28,096 nucleotides of DNA from a virus (Duplodnaviria; Caudoviricetes). Below are positions 25,973-28,096 of the stretch, one piece after another. The first letter of the stretch is position 1. Every line of letters begins with the position of its first letter. The notes below the pieces were generated by a model, which saw only the letters and a program-made list of their open reading frames with translations, was not told the origin of the DNA and did not search any database. The translations under genes and the position numbers were made by a program. The stretch covers positions 1 through 28,096 of the IMG/VR virus record IMGVR_UViG_3300017754_001493. One strand, given 5' to 3'.

Positions 25973-28009
25973 ATGGCTTTTCATCCTTCTACGGGCGGCA
26001 TCGGAGCCTTGGGCGCTCTGAACAAAGCCTCTGTCAGCGGTGTGGGCGAACCGATGAGCACCGACGCTCTGATTGCCAACTTGATCGGCATGACCCCTGC
26101 AGAACGGCAGCAATTTGCGTCCATCAACGCAAACGACCCGATGAAGCTGTCCGCCGCCAAGTACGTGGACAACCAGCTCAAAACACAAGCCAGCCAGTTG
26201 GTGGCGCAACAGAACCGGACGGCACCCCCACCGGTGAACCAACAGACCGTGGCCAGCATGGCCGGAGCCTCGCAAGGACAACCCGCACCGCAACAGATGG
26301 CTCAGGGTTTACCCGAAGAGACCGGCATCGGCGCTTTGCCCGTGCCTGAAATGAAGCACATGGCCGCTGGCGGCATCGTTGCTTTTGCCGACGGCGGGTT
26401 CAACAGCGAGCTGTTCCGCAAGTTCTTGGAGAGCGTCGGTAAGACAGGTTCCGACTTTGCAAATGCTGACTCCGCCACTAAAAAAGGCTTAATGGATGCC
26501 TTTGGTCGAGCCACATCTGGGCCACAACTCCCCCCATCTGCACCCGTCACCAACGTCCCAGCTGCCGCACCGGTTAATCCCTACGCCCCAGCAACACCCG
26601 GCACAAGTTACGCAGACACAAAAAGCCCTCTGCAGCGTTTAATGTCGGGGCCGAAGGGTAATATTATGGGCGCTCTTGCCGTTCCTGCGGCTGTGGCGTA
26701 CGGCGGGGGGAAACTTAGTTCTGCTGCGGCAAACACTTTGAACGCCATGAGCGACGAAGATTTGGGAACCCTATCTAATGTAGGCGGCGGAGATGACACA
26801 GCGCTTGCTGCGGCTATTTTGCGCGAAGGGCGAAATAACCCCACTCCGGCCACACCCGCAAAACCGGGCGACTATCGCGGCTCAAAAGATGTTCCCTACA
26901 CAGGTTCAGGTGTGCCGTCGGCATCTGCCGCAGCCGCACGTAGCGGCGCTTCCACACAAGCGGGAGCAAACGCACAAGCCGCGCGTGCCGCCGCACCCCA
27001 AAGTGATACCGGAGCCGGAGCCGGAGCCGGAGCAGGAGTACCCCGTACAGGTGCAGGCACAGCTCCGAGCAGCAACACCCAAACGGGCATGCCGAATGCG
27101 GCAGCGACCTATGCGGGCATGTTGAAGCAGTTGCCCCCAACAGTAGTCCCGCAAGAGTACCGGGATATTGAGCAGCTTCAAGTGGAGCAAGCAAACAAAG
27201 GCTTGGAGTCGGATCAAGCCGCAGCGGCAAAACTGCAAGAATATTTGGGCAAGCGCGGTGAACGCCTTGACCAACGGGCAGCGCGTCTTAAAGACAAGAG
27301 CGACAACGACATCAACATGTCCCTTATCGACGCAGGTTTGGCAATGATGCAGTCTCGCGGCCAAGGGCTGGCGGGTATCGCCGAAGGCGCTGGTGTGGGT
27401 ATGAAGCGCTATACCGAAGAATCTCGCCTGACAGAAGCCGCACGTCAGAAGATTGAAGAAGCCCGCGACGCATATGACGACCTGAAGTTCAACCGCGAAG
27501 ACATGTCCCGCAAGGAAATCCTTGCACGGAAAAAAGAAATTTCCGATGCGCACATTGCACTCAAAAAGAACAATGTGGACTATATGGTGGCACACGAAGG
27601 CATGGATCGCAAAACGGCAGATCATATGTACGACTCTGCTATGAACTTTGCACTGGAAGGCCAACGTCAACAGTACCAAAGCAAAGAAAACGTCCTAGAC
27701 AGGGCAAACCGCCTGCAAGCTGCAGCCGCGCCGTTGAATGCACAGCTAGGAATTCTTTCCGCGTTGGGCAACGCCGAGCCGGGAAGCCCCATTGCAAAAG
27801 GGTTTAAGCTACAGAAGCTGGAAGCCCAAGAGCCTGCGATGTTCAAAAACTATATTGACCTTGTCAACGACCCAATCAAAGGTGACAAGTTCAAAGCGCA
27901 GTACCCAGATTTTTCTTCGTACTTGGCGGACTTCAACAAGCGTGGCGGTATTGCTGCGCTGCCGGGAGGCGGTGGTGCTGCCACCGCGCCGGTTGTCTTG
28001 CCTCGCTAA
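25973..28009 (+). CDS. Large internal virion/ejection-type protein
   Basis: 678 aa; MAAGGIVAFADGG, low-complexity middle, coiled-coil C-terminal half; AAGGA RBS. Confidence 0.7.
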   Translation: MAFHPSTGGIGALGALNKASVSGVGEPMSTDALIANLIGMTPAERQQFASINANDPMKLSAAKYVDNQLKTQASQLVAQQNRTAPPPVNQQTVASMAGASQGQPAPQQMAQGLPEETGIGALPVPEMKHMAAGGIVAFADGGFNSELFRKFLESVGKTGSDFANADSATKKGLMDAFGRATSGPQLPPSAPVTNVPAAAPVNPYAPATPGTSYADTKSPLQRLMSGPKGNIMGALAVPAAVAYGGGKLSSAAANTLNAMSDEDLGTLSNVGGGDDTALAAAILREGRNNPTPATPAKPGDYRGSKDVPYTGSGVPSASAAAARSGASTQAGANAQAARAAAPQSDTGAGAGAGAGVPRTGAGTAPSSNTQTGMPNAAATYAGMLKQLPPTVVPQEYRDIEQLQVEQANKGLESDQAAAAKLQEYLGKRGERLDQRAARLKDKSDNDINMSLIDAGLAMMQSRGQGLAGIAEGAGVGMKRYTEESRLTEAARQKIEEARDAYDDLKFNREDMSRKEILARKKEISDAHIALKKNNVDYMVAHEGMDRKTADHMYDSAMNFALEGQRQQYQSKENVLDRANRLQAAAAPLNAQLGILSALGNAEPGSPIAKGFKLQKLEAQEPAMFKNYIDLVNDPIKGDKFKAQYPDFSSYLADFNKRGGIAALPGGGGAATAPVVLPR

Positions 28010-28021
28010 ATATCGCATAAT
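27993..28021 (+). promoter_or_regulatory. Possible sigma70 promoter
   Basis: TTGTCT (27993-98), 17 nt spacer, CATAAT (28016-21), ahead of a ~45 nt leader. Confidence 0.4.
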
Positions 28022-28073
28022 CTAAGGGTGCGTTACAAGGGCCTCGCACAGCCCATAACACTGCTAAGAGACT

Positions 28074-28096
28074 ATGGCTAATTACATCCAACTACC
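28074..28096 (+). CDS. Start of next gene (MANYIQLP..., truncated)
   Basis: ATG after AAGAG; open to the window end. Confidence 0.5.

Noticed and set aside
27009-27032. CCGGAG x3 microsatellite as a phase-variation site
   Set aside because: The 6-nt unit is in frame and only encodes a GA linker.

Overview
This 28 kb window is the virion-morphogenesis region of a tailed dsDNA phage with podovirus-like organisation. All credible genes are on the + strand and tightly packed. The order is: terminase large subunit (3' part), P22-like portal, GroES co-chaperonin, scaffold, Mu gpT-like major capsid, a cluster of small Lys-rich proteins, two adaptor-like proteins, tail fibre/appendage genes, 3TM holin plus M15 endolysin, nozzle, and three large internal (ejection-type) proteins. 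I saw no tail tube, sheath, full tape measure, integrase, tRNA or CRISPR array. Two signals stand out. (1) A short hydrophobic-[A/S/K]-x-G-G peptide motif recurs about 15 times, concentrated in the small basic proteins and the ejection proteins. It comes with two other shared linear motifs and a tape-measure-type GPG..SD..GEFV module, suggesting a phage-wide processing or packaging code. (2) A multi-pseudoknot RNA (probably Mu-gpT-DE) lies after the capsid gene, but here it sits downstream of a terminator and a good sigma70 promoter and abuts the next RBS, so it looks like a 5' leader. All product calls come from motif recognition and synteny; no database searches were run.
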